Below, piece after piece: positions 10,101-16,741 of a stretch of 64,000 nucleotides of DNA. This stretch comes from Giardia intestinalis (taxonomy: Eukaryota): assembly GCA_000002435.2 (NCBI GenBank), contig CM018793.1, one strand, 5' to 3'. The notes below the pieces were generated by a model. It did no database searches and was not told the DNA's origin. It worked only from the letters and a program-made list of their open reading frames with translations. Each line of letters opens with the position of its first letter. The stretch's first letter is position 1. The translations under genes and the position numbers were made by a program.

Positions 10101-10549
10101 AAATACAGGGAGTCCTTTTCAAAGGTAACCGGGAGTCGGCTCATCACACGATAAATGCATTGAAGAAAGATCAGGTTGTGCTGAGTGCAAAGCAGAACTA
10201 CAGGCAATGCCTCTTCAACAAATCCGTCAACTTCGAACAAAAGACTTTTAACAGCATCCTCCGTCCGCATGAGATAGATAACAAATATAAGGAACTGCGA
10301 GAAAAGGTAACGTCAAGAGTTGGATCGCGTGCACCCTCAAGGCTAAGCTCTAGAGGGGACTTTGACTCCAGTAAGGGCTCACCTCCACTTCGACCACTTC
10401 TTACTAGTCCGGGTCGTCGCCGTGAAAACCTTCTTGTGATAACCATGGACCCCCCTACGCAAGCTGAGACGACAACAGATGAGATGGAGTCAACCGACGT
10501 TGGAATTAGAATCAACGAACGGTTGTTTGGGATTGGTTATGTATACTGA
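4163..10549 (+). CDS. giant protein (~2128 aa): N-terminal array of Sfi1-like Trp-containing repeats, then long Ser/Thr/Pro-rich low-complexity region
   Basis: The frame is open from 3782, but 3782-4162 is antisense to the ankyrin gene. The first ATG outside that overlap is at 4163 (ATGGCTCTTTTCGACGGC = MALFDG), which leaves a 30-bp divergent intergenic gap. Residues ~30-430 carry at least 12 motifs with hydrophobic-x-x-W-basic spacing every ~25-35 aa: LVHWYRNAQL, FTRWIRYFR, IFDQWRES, VFFLWRMD, ILLFWRARQ, FASWKHK, FFKSWVLL, AIVRWQLV, HFNSWTRYLF, CSGWLKYALFF, RCWRRLT, YLRAWAFVAF. The rest is S/T/P/R-rich. Confidence 0.6.
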   Translation: MALFDGSRPVSVHDIRQFTARETSNARRVVAATKLVHWYRNAQLRKYARIRLSLQKAYYRGLVRMTFTRWIRYFRILKTSRTRIYRYIFDQWRESIKETITSVRYYEMKLLARVFFLWRMDSGSRICYMELLTKDRGLDPHVRQRLEMLKLRSILLFWRARQVLSKCLNIGLELTVSIGVVASKVPQSSSSPIWKGYLYYLNSFGVIESTISSKLSARLLWDSFASWKHKAVTILRRKKLEVGVRELELRWLRPFFKSWVLLHRTRLYILDHAIVRWQLVLSVHIRHAEAVRAALELRKYALKRSHFNSWTRYLFARELHARHHCLEKVYGMADNGHERSFVCSGWLKYALFFVHSLLKDYCLQATAFRCLHKLRCAIDAPRCWRRLTVLACGTYYISRLRLYLRAWAFVAFKMKTIEKRQRSFCAIDDIVFQPADIKLLHDKHNAELACPESLFLMGLISKNSRIQPHRLAVLCKGDKHNCLLLMKLRRYISYQPTGTIHCLYRGLDDSDAMASVDRLLFKFAIVAMTRLGSYNTCYIEAYRSESTLKLENPAQHRQAMALVQRNLAIRYHEFLAATDLLYADLYTNGPQSPSEKRIGAYISGKFPHIRKALDTESVTLLTTAFLLETPAIMFTDRRSVISSSFLLQTWMGHRQSYASQQKDRPHHEDFLQSITADSISIVDNVYFTGLSRDFNAKGVTTLLGPNVFPVDNSITAAERASLCMQLEVIKNKRFSVSSEAECWLLGAIASASERELQLSAIYRRRLYLRQASRLLASPIRQVPSQLAPLDALDNDVSNVSVAPDEEPLGVTHLFQRARTIQVDRFTTTLISTDATRVTVDEMKHLVETVRTSVVHPSLLTYINAKAPEGEAATTMEIAVPVELEPPTRSFDELLKLERKITSTAVRIIERSFSIAPLSQINTGSFCMLPDEQLVNSSDLSFLQSSQLLSRQNSYVSPSFEQYSRPTGQHLKPRNSTKNSTQVDKSRRLSSKKKSKRKSGSLSAHPVAKQKKSKPTHGIRKLEQGRVCRTASSPNKRKEKAYTAIERECSFYSHDSSTSYQTISTGSFHIHASDDTHDDASHEAVNIHGQAHMPSDSDASKPTVSLRPYPSYYSSIADGRLSSGRAFLGKLSSRPQTTAPYLTRRINNSQRSSDTESSDDIKFQKQHRVASAISYGAHTKKKHELGGHSAGSSITTVAPTTAYVDAALPTKQFIEARLTSGQFTLDLLTRYQRTLLSLRIWKKSFQCSTYILPESITFFPEMDLKFYALSSGRAVLSLDTIIDTILYDNIMFLYDNEDPDEVFREIWLTDPQFVDVNTQDNAISVPSIVHLHFTRFWDYIKMLSDEYTYEIAYEGDCALGDKVLRPTRSAPILYGRMLCCSMAEAANMANSLAEAAVSSLLYKASFPSSARSRSGTAAFSQLTLDDLSAELAFRQSARYNHFLEKLTTAPSCTSLPTTQRKRLSELATPQMSSSRPSPRPIYSVVNMSLCDDNVVAVSISSPHLWSREGSCPPADSFAEVASPRPDSQSHNRAYRGHLSYTPKMARLAVDTDMITMPSASHYLRSSSTPSKMTIPQPLSHLTIDESLLTVKAEPELPIVAPEIKPFLISNSVTERFTSTIHKTKEISPSGIRKMQSGKIGALAYSESREVLLSRPASKSILDKTPSLTGILSDNRADSLTPLDDALDRELRSATCSTKNKLCGVIEEGTEPSPNHKEQGSFESLRDLRDSLMVHKWGDMRLLGQKDTRICSASECTRATSSPQLGHRGESLDCTKKRTVKIGDNYSSIASLAEASPTLTCLSMVQADDQPHTHEQVGVYQPRISKSVQRDRSPNRPSSGLKVFCSSLQAPEHKVDEVKHMQRQNRILIERITPLPSTDQLIEKMGPAIPSLMAPVSNQEDFGSLKFPLGDIGETCKHVAHHNNPINLQFSLDDAAGTPHKDTYKNTALSHGLEVVSITNGKVAETPATEDLPSRCPRIKTQIQGVLFKGNRESAHHTINALKKDQVVLSAKQNYRQCLFNKSVNFEQKTFNSILRPHEIDNKYKELREKVTSRVGSRAPSRLSSRGDFDSSKGSPPLRPLLTSPGRRRENLLVITMDPPTQAETTTDEMESTDVGIRINERLFGIGYVY

Positions 10550-11304
10550 CTCTCCGTTAATGTCTCTCGGATTGTTATTTTGTCTTCACTAGGGGAATTC
10601 TTAGGAACTTCGGCACGGGACTCCGTCGTCTTGTCGAGTGTTAATGTCAAATTGATTCCTGCTGACTTCTCTATGGCTGTTAGCCTGCTTTCTAGATCCA
10701 CGCGCTCTTGTCTCTCTATCAGCAACTGTTCCTCAAGCTTTTTGAGCTGACTCTCTAGGACTGTGTTTTCTGCTTGCAAAGATGCAATGCTAACTTCCAG
10801 CTTTCTGTTGTGTTGTGAAGATGTACTCCTGCACTCCGCACTTTTAGCCCGACGTTTTGGCGTTTTCAATGCACTGGTGGTTAGCGTTGCACTGGCAGAA
10901 ATAGGGGTTTGAACAGTGCTTTTCGATGGACGTCGACCTCGTTGTTGCATCGGTTTCGATTTCGGCCTTTTATGAGATGACTGTGCAGTGCGGGAGCGTA
11001 TAGGCGCCCTTCGAGCAGGTGCATTGACCAATTCAATTGTCTCCCTTTCTGATTCATAATCGTCTCCTGTACTCTTCAGTAAATGGCTTCTGTTTTCTAG
11101 CTCCATTTTGTGAATCGCCTCCCTGAGAATGGACAAAATGTGGGCCCGCGCGCGCTCTGATGCTCGATCCTTCACGACTGAGGCAATCGAAGATTTACGT
11201 GAGGCATCGTCTTGCAGTACGCGCTGGTGCTCTGTTTCAGGGGTCTTTCTCGACTCTGATCTCGATTCTGGTCGCCCCAGCCGTTTCTCTGCGCCATTTT
11301 GCAT
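10537..11304 (-). CDS. basic Ser/Arg-rich protein with C-terminal coiled coil (255 aa)
   Basis: 255-aa ORF. Its tail overlaps the giant gene by 13 bp (convergent). The C-terminal 70 aa are heptad-patterned (LEVSIASLQAENTVLESQLKKLEEQLLIERQERVDLESRL). The N-terminus is R/S/K-rich. Confidence 0.45.
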   Translation of the reverse strand: MQNGAEKRLGRPESRSESRKTPETEHQRVLQDDASRKSSIASVVKDRASERARAHILSILREAIHKMELENRSHLLKSTGDDYESERETIELVNAPARRAPIRSRTAQSSHKRPKSKPMQQRGRRPSKSTVQTPISASATLTTSALKTPKRRAKSAECRSTSSQHNRKLEVSIASLQAENTVLESQLKKLEEQLLIERQERVDLESRLTAIEKSAGINLTLTLDKTTESRAEVPKNSPSEDKITIRETLTESQYT

Positions 11305-11328
11305 TTGAAAAGATTTTAATCTCTGCCC

Positions 11329-11700
11329 ATGTACCTATCTGCCCTGGGCGTACTGGCTTGCCCACACTGTAGAGCCCCGTTCATCCTTTCATGCACAGCT
11401 CTTCAGAGGGACGAGTTTACTGACCTCCATAAGCGAGCAAAGGTGTCTGCCATTCTCACTCGAGCGTGCTGGAAACGAATTTTGAACTCGTGCATTGCTG
11501 GAAAGATAGCTGTCCCAGAGAAATACGCACTACATGATAGCGACGTCGTTGATCCAGAAGCCCTCACCGATGAAGAGGTCGACCAATTTTACGAGCTCCT
11601 TTTTCTGCAGGCCGTTGTGGAGGGGGAGCTCATCTGCAGCGGCTGCAATAAGGCTTATGAAATTCGGAATCGCATCCCCAGACTTACCCTGCTTTCTTGA
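11329..11700 (+). CDS. TRM112: Trm112-like small zinc-ribbon protein (methyltransferase activator)
   Basis: 123 aa. N-terminal 'LACPHCRAPF' and C-terminal 'EGELICSGCNKAYEIRNRIPRL' match the split Cys pairs and the conserved C-terminal 'EG-L-C...G--F-I--GIPNML' block of Trm112. Confidence 0.6.
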   Translation: MYLSALGVLACPHCRAPFILSCTALQRDEFTDLHKRAKVSAILTRACWKRILNSCIAGKIAVPEKYALHDSDVVDPEALTDEEVDQFYELLFLQAVVEGELICSGCNKAYEIRNRIPRLTLLS

Positions 11701-11712
11701 TGGATATTTTGC

Positions 11713-12765
11713 TCACTCCTCTGCATCACAGACACCCTGCTCTCCAACGGCGAATGTCGCCTCTGCTTCGGGTAATGATGGGGAGTCATATATCTTAGCC
11801 ACGCGATTATTTCCGCGGCCCTTGCGGAGGTACAAACGGGTGGTGCTGGCGTGGGCGAGGATGTGACCCCCAATCGGCTTCTTGGGATCGGCAGTGAACA
11901 TCGCTGCACCGTCAACCTGCGCCATGACCTGGTTGGTGACGAAGATCGCGATGTTGAATTCGTCTGCAAGCTTTGCCAGACTAGCAAGGTGTTGCCCAAG
12001 TTTCTGCTGCCTGTCTGCAAGTTCTCCCCTGCCTGTGAAGTCCACCCTGAACAGCGCTGTGAGTGAGTCTATAATCAATAGCGCAAACTTTTTTTCTGAC
12101 ATCTGCTCTGCCGCTGCTGCAAGAAGCTCTATCTGCTGCTCGTGTGTGTACGCGCGAGCATATGCTATCCTAGACAGCGTTGTGGTGGGATCTAACTTGT
12201 ACCGCTCAGCAATGGGCCCAATTTTCTCAGGCCTGAAGGTGCCTTCTGTGTCTAAGTAGGCAACCCTACTGCCATCCAGCTGAGCAGTGACAGCGATGGT
12301 GTGGCAGAGCTGGGTTTTGCCTGATCGAAATTCTCCAAACACTTCTGTTATTGCCATGGATTCTATGCCGCCTCCTAGCAAAGCGTCCAAATCACTACAA
12401 CCAGTAGATATTCTTCTGATTCGCTGGCGACGCTCCAGTGCAACAACCCCGCTCATGAAGCCTGGTTGCGAATGCTTACGAGCGGCGTCTAAGATCTTAT
12501 CCACTTTTGCCTCTGACAGCCCCTTTATCTGCCCTAGATCTTTATGCGTTTGCATCAGTACTCCTTGAATGGAGAAAATGCCTGATTCACGAAGCCTCTT
12601 GGTGTCTGCGGCCGCTATTCCAAGTGCGTGCAGCTCCTCAATTGGCGCCCAAGTTTCCTTAGCCTCGTCTCCGGCTACAACCGGGGTCTCCGTGTCCGAT
12701 TGGGTGCATGACACGCTTGTCGAGAGGACATACTGTTCTTGGGCCTTCTTCACTGATCGGGACAT
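11713..12765 (-). CDS. DMC1: DMC1/RAD51-family strand-exchange recombinase
   Basis: Walker A '[13 protein letters not shown]' and Walker B '[35 protein letters not shown]'. Other conserved blocks: '[16 protein letters not shown]' and '[33 protein letters not shown]'. An N-terminal HhH segment '[13 protein letters not shown]' is present. The ORF is open back to 12936, but that extension overlaps the plus-strand ORF at 12843. I chose the internal ATG (MSRSVKK...) at 12765, which gives a ~350-aa Rad51-size protein. Confidence 0.85.
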   Translation of the reverse strand: [350 protein letters not shown]

Positions 12766-12842
12766 TGCTCTCACTAATTTGTTGGTAATGTAAACAGATG
12801 ATACATACATTCGCAGGCCGCGTATGCGTCGCATTAGCGAAA

Positions 12843-13292
12843 ATGCCGCCCCCGCGTATAGCCCTTGTGAATCCGATTGCATCACGTGCTCCTCCTGTTT
12901 CAGTGGAATGCGCACACAAGATGCTTGAGGACACACCTATTACGAGGTTACGAATAGGTATGAAGGAAGTTTTGCGCTTAACCCGGACGCGTTCAACTAG
13001 CCTGGTAGCCATCTTCTCCACGCTTCCTCTGCGTAACTTGCCGCTTCTTTTGGCTATGACAGCTCTGCATAAAGGAGTGCCATATACAGTGCTCCCTCCT
13101 AGTGACGAGTTTCGAAAACGAGCAATCAAGGAGTTCAAGATTGCCGGCGCTCCGATTGCTGTGGCCATCGTCGGTGCTCCAAACAATGACACCACTGTAG
13201 TAAGCACCGCATCTAAAAACGGGGTGCTTCTCAAAGAGCAAGGCTGTGTTTACACCTATGTGACCAATAATAATAACACACGAAAAGCATAG
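12843..13292 (+). CDS. hypothetical small protein with two hydrophobic segments (~149 aa from ATG at 12843)
   Basis: ORF 12798..13292. A verified ATG lies at 12843. Two hydrophobic stretches: 'LVAIFSTLPLRNLPLLLAMTAL' and 'IAGAPIAVAIVGA'. It fits between DMC1 (if that starts at 12765) and the Elf1 gene. The competing minus-strand ORFs here overlap DMC1 in another frame. Confidence 0.25.
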   Translation: MPPPRIALVNPIASRAPPVSVECAHKMLEDTPITRLRIGMKEVLRLTRTRSTSLVAIFSTLPLRNLPLLLAMTALHKGVPYTVLPPSDEFRKRAIKEFKIAGAPIAVAIVGAPNNDTTVVSTASKNGVLLKEQGCVYTYVTNNNNTRKA

Positions 13293-13299
13293 ACTCCAA

Positions 13300-13986
13300 T
13301 CAGATATCGTCCTCAGAACGCGGCTCTGATATTTGAGAAGCAATCTCCTGGTCGTCATCCAGAATATCAGAGCTGGAGCTTTCCTTGCGGTGGGAGCTGT
13401 CACCTCTGTTCCTCGGCCGTTTCTTAGAAGCATCACCCTTATAGTCGTTGTAGTCGTTCACGGGCGCCTCCGGTGAGACCAATCTAGCGTCATAATTGTC
13501 GTCGTTTTCCCTCTTTCTTCTTTCGTCACGTCCACGAGCATGTTCTTGTTCCATACGCTTCTTAAATTCAGCCTTGGTTTCGTTGGTATAGAGGGGCCTG
13601 ATAGACGTGCCACACTCTCCACAAGTGAGCCTAGCATAGTAGTTTTCGATTCCTGTGCCCTCGTCTCTCTCTGTAAAAAAGTCTATGATAGCGATACCCT
13701 TGAAGTTGCACTTACAGTCTCCAAAGCCAGGACAAGGGACGCCGTACTTCTTTTTCTTGTAAATGAAGTCGCCCCAGCTCCGGTGGGCCTCGTTCGGCGT
13801 GTCTAAGAGACCATACTTGTAAGTGTATCTCTCCTTGCACATCTTGCAGGTCAAAACGAACACCCCCTCCTTCGATATCCTCTCAGACCCTACACTCTCA
13901 ATTGTGTTACAGACCGGGCATGGGAAGAACTTGCTACGGCCGGCTTTCTTAGGGGGCGCCGCCCTTGTCCTCTTCTTCTTTCCCAT
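13300..13986 (-). CDS. ELF1: Elf1-type transcription elongation factor zinc-ribbon protein with a second zinc ribbon and acidic C-terminal tail
   Basis: I start it at the verified ATG (cat at 13984-13986) giving 'MGKKKRTRAAPPKKAGRSKFFPCPVCN...VLTCKMCKERYT...EAHRSWGDF'. This is the Elf1 signature: basic N-terminus, C-x2-C...C-x2-C, then a D/E-F/W segment. A second C-x5-C-x-C...C-x2-C module follows (PCPGFGDCKC...CGECG), then a D/E/S-rich tail. The 62 codons upstream in the track ORF look like spurious 5' extension. Confidence 0.65.
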   Translation of the reverse strand: MGKKKRTRAAPPKKAGRSKFFPCPVCNTIESVGSERISKEGVFVLTCKMCKERYTYKYGLLDTPNEAHRSWGDFIYKKKKYGVPCPGFGDCKCNFKGIAIIDFFTERDEGTGIENYYARLTCGECGTSIRPLYTNETKAEFKKRMEQEHARGRDERRKRENDDNYDARLVSPEAPVNDYNDYKGDASKKRPRNRGDSSHRKESSSSDILDDDQEIASQISEPRSEDDI

Positions 13987-14065
13987 CCTCCTGTCCTCTT
14001 TTTGTGACTGTTTGTGACTAGACGCCGTTTCTAACAAAATTGCCAAGCATGTATGCAAAATTAAA

Positions 14066-14881
14066 ATGGAAAGATACCCCAGACAACGGTTAGACGACGG
14101 CAGGTGGCAGTGCGTGGCACGGCCGCAGTACAGATACTCCTGCGCCATCTCATGCCTTGTGAGCATATTCAATCATCTCTTCAACAGAGACATGACCCTG
14201 GACGAGTGTATTGCTATTCTCTTTCCAGACCTGAAAGAAGACCCACGACACTATGATTTTGGACCTCAAGCTTCTAACAGTGCTGTTCAAAGCTGGTTCA
14301 AGACCCTCTGCATGCACTATGGCCTTTCTGGCACCTCTTGCACGATATACAAGGAGCAGGGCAGAACGAGAACTGCGTGTAGCAAGCAAGAGGCACTTAA
14401 GAATATCATCTCTGCTTTGAATACGCCAAGATGTGCGTTACTGTATCACTGCTTGAACCATTACTGCATAATCGTAGGCTATATAATAAGTCCATCTACG
14501 CCTAATAGACCAAGTAATCATTGCGTCTTCAGCGGGGATGATGGATGCACCCTCAAGCTCCTGTGTGCAGACGGCACAGAAGCCGAGGACGTGGACGATA
14601 GTAATATTTGGTTAATAGTGGCAGACTGTGGGAAAGGAACTGCTCCCCTTAGGTCACTGACCTGGGAATTTGTACATAAAGATATATCTACCCGACCTCC
14701 GTATGCATATAACGCTAGGTGCCCTGAGAGAGGACTGCTAAGGAAAACAGAATCAAAGGGATATATACCAGTTGAGATAGACTCAGTGCTTGTTAACAGC
14801 ACGGGAGTATCCACCTGTGTTAGATCTGGTGGCGTCATCAAGGGATCGTCGCACTGCATCATTGGATTTGTTAGTGACTAG
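14066..14881 (+). CDS. hypothetical Cys/His-rich protein (271 aa), possible papain-like thiol-enzyme fold
   Basis: Clean ORF divergent from the Elf1 gene (79-bp gap). An N-proximal 'YSCAISCLVSIFNHL' and a later 'LLYHCLNHYCIIVGY' recall the Cys...His spacing of papain-fold enzymes. No confident family. Confidence 0.4.
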   Translation: MERYPRQRLDDGRWQCVARPQYRYSCAISCLVSIFNHLFNRDMTLDECIAILFPDLKEDPRHYDFGPQASNSAVQSWFKTLCMHYGLSGTSCTIYKEQGRTRTACSKQEALKNIISALNTPRCALLYHCLNHYCIIVGYIISPSTPNRPSNHCVFSGDDGCTLKLLCADGTEAEDVDDSNIWLIVADCGKGTAPLRSLTWEFVHKDISTRPPYAYNARCPERGLLRKTESKGYIPVEIDSVLVNSTGVSTCVRSGGVIKGSSHCIIGFVSD

Positions 14882-16619
14882 AGCCCCGTTTATTACTCCC
14901 GGACGAAAGTATAACTATTAACACCACAAGCACAACGATAGCTCCAGTAGAGCAGAGCCGAAGCACTTGAGGCAGCGAGGCCTCCAAATACCCACATAGA
15001 ACGTCACAGATGATAGCTGTCCATGTCGCAATGACAAGGATAACGGGAAGGTTGAGACAGGCGAGGGCGTCCATCTGGTACGTTGTACTTTGGTTGTTGA
15101 ATATTGAACTGTTGTAAGTGTTGATTTGCTGGGTATATCTATTGCTTATGTACCGAAAAAGGGCATTGCAAACGTCATATATTGCATCTATCTGATGAAC
15201 ACAGACCCCAGTTTTTTGAAGATTTGCAAGTCTTCTTTGTGGTGGGGCATTCATATATGAATAAGAGCAGACTTCTCCGCAGGCAAAGGACATGGACTGA
15301 ATGGCATGCTCGTAACCAGTTAGGTCCAGTGCTTTGGTTCGTGCATAGTATTTAAAGACCTTCTGAAGAAGGATGGTTTGAAATAGGGTCGTCCTGTCCA
15401 CACAGTCCAGGCAGTTTATCCGCGGATAGCACTTCTGAACAAAGTCAGGAAGAGCAACTCCGACATCACCGCTAGGAACTAGAACTGTGCTTGTGGCTAT
15501 GTCATCTGCTAACTGGTGATACTCTGTGTTGCTGTGTCTACGTATGTTGTAGTTCATCAACTTAACGTTGAGGGAGTTCTTGCGGCGAGAATCAGCAGTT
15601 TTTCTCATAGACTCGGTAAAGAACGCCGTCAGAGCCCGCTCATCGGCGGTCTCAAGGCTTTTCTTTTCACTGGCAGCAATGGAGTCATCCAAAAGATCGA
15701 CTTCATTTTTGAGGAGGTTGACGATAAGTATCTCTGCGTCTGCAGTCACTAAGTTACCCAATAGAAGGCTTATATGCCTTTGCAAGAGACTACTAAACTG
15801 AGCGAGGCCCTGCTCTTCATGAGCCCCATCTGGGAAGCGTATGGCAGGAGTGAACTTGTAAGTTGGTGGCTGACTGAAGATAAGCGGGAGGGAGCCCCTA
15901 AACAGGGTGTAGACAAGAGTAGCGTTATAGTAAAGACGAAGCCTTGCTGTGTTGGCTGTGTACCCTGCCGAACTAATGCCCCGGTTGAAATACCTATGCC
16001 CTGCATTATCGATGCATCGCTCCATCCGAAGCGATATGTAAGAGGAAGGGCCAATCATCCACTGCTCATAGAAGCCGCTGAAAATATATGCCATGCATTC
16101 CCCGACGATAGTCTCTAGTCGCAGCCTGGGGAGTTGCTCTGTGCTTGTAATTTGTGATGGATAGAGATGCCTGTTCCAGCAGTATGAGTCGTCCGGTGAA
16201 AAATGTCGGGAAGTATCGATGTAGCATTGACGACAAACATCTGCGACTGCATTGCATAAGAGGAAGTGGACGTACTTATCTATCGCATTTGCATGCAGCA
16301 CTATTATGTTATCGACCCGTAATGGATAGCAAGGTGTTCCGTCTTCAAGGGGCGGATGAGGAGAGATGCGCTGAGCAGTTGAAGAATGGGCTTCGATGAA
16401 ACTGATGGCTGGCACTGCGGGTTTGCACACTAGTGGAAAATTATAGCCAAAGATGCGAATAACGCCCAGGAAGAATACATAATTGTCTACAAGAGTGGCC
16501 TTCTTTAGTACATCCAAAGGAGGAGGCCCGTACACTAGTGAGGAATCCGATCGTGAAAAGGAAATGCAATGGTGAGCACGGCGCAGATAAATGTGCGTCG
16601 GGGTCGAGAGAAGTTCCAT
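14871..16619 (-). CDS. SAC1: SAC-domain phosphoinositide phosphatase (Sac1-like) with C-terminal TM segments
   Basis: Catalytic CX5R(T/S) motif in its canonical Sac context: 'RINCLDCVDRTTLFQ' (compare RTNCLDCLDRTN). The C-terminus has hydrophobic helices 'LNLPVILVIATWTAIICDVLCGYL' and 'GAIVVLVVLIVILSS'. An 11-bp tail-to-tail overlap with the upstream plus-strand gene. Confidence 0.7.
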   Translation of the reverse strand: MELLSTPTHIYLRRAHHCISFSRSDSSLVYGPPPLDVLKKATLVDNYVFFLGVIRIFGYNFPLVCKPAVPAISFIEAHSSTAQRISPHPPLEDGTPCYPLRVDNIIVLHANAIDKYVHFLLCNAVADVCRQCYIDTSRHFSPDDSYCWNRHLYPSQITSTEQLPRLRLETIVGECMAYIFSGFYEQWMIGPSSYISLRMERCIDNAGHRYFNRGISSAGYTANTARLRLYYNATLVYTLFRGSLPLIFSQPPTYKFTPAIRFPDGAHEEQGLAQFSSLLQRHISLLLGNLVTADAEILIVNLLKNEVDLLDDSIAASEKKSLETADERALTAFFTESMRKTADSRRKNSLNVKLMNYNIRRHSNTEYHQLADDIATSTVLVPSGDVGVALPDFVQKCYPRINCLDCVDRTTLFQTILLQKVFKYYARTKALDLTGYEHAIQSMSFACGEVCSYSYMNAPPQRRLANLQKTGVCVHQIDAIYDVCNALFRYISNRYTQQINTYNSSIFNNQSTTYQMDALACLNLPVILVIATWTAIICDVLCGYLEASLPQVLRLCSTGAIVVLVVLIVILSSGSNKRGSSH

Positions 16620-16741
16620 GAGCAGCTACACTTCAATTTTATAGGCTTTTTTCTTCAGAATTAATTTTGAACCTGCAATCTTACTAAGGTCGCAGTTCGC
16701 AACCTTCGCAGTGGTGCGCACCTATGTAGAAAGAAAAGTAT

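Noticed and set aside
4181-10515. Numerous 60-115 aa antisense ORFs across the giant gene (for example 6604..6927, 7223..7567, 9793..10122, 10198..10515)
   Set aside because: All lie inside the single 6.4-kb coding frame on the other strand. They have no motifs and no independent intergenic context.
12659-13436. Minus-strand ORFs 12659..13234 (191 aa) and 12993..13436 (147 aa)
   Set aside because: The first overlaps DMC1 on the same strand in a different frame. The second overlaps the Elf1 gene, also on the same strand in a different frame. Both have Arg/Gly-rich, non-globular composition typical of shadow ORFs. The plus-strand ORF from 12843 is the more plausible occupant of the gap, though itself low confidence.
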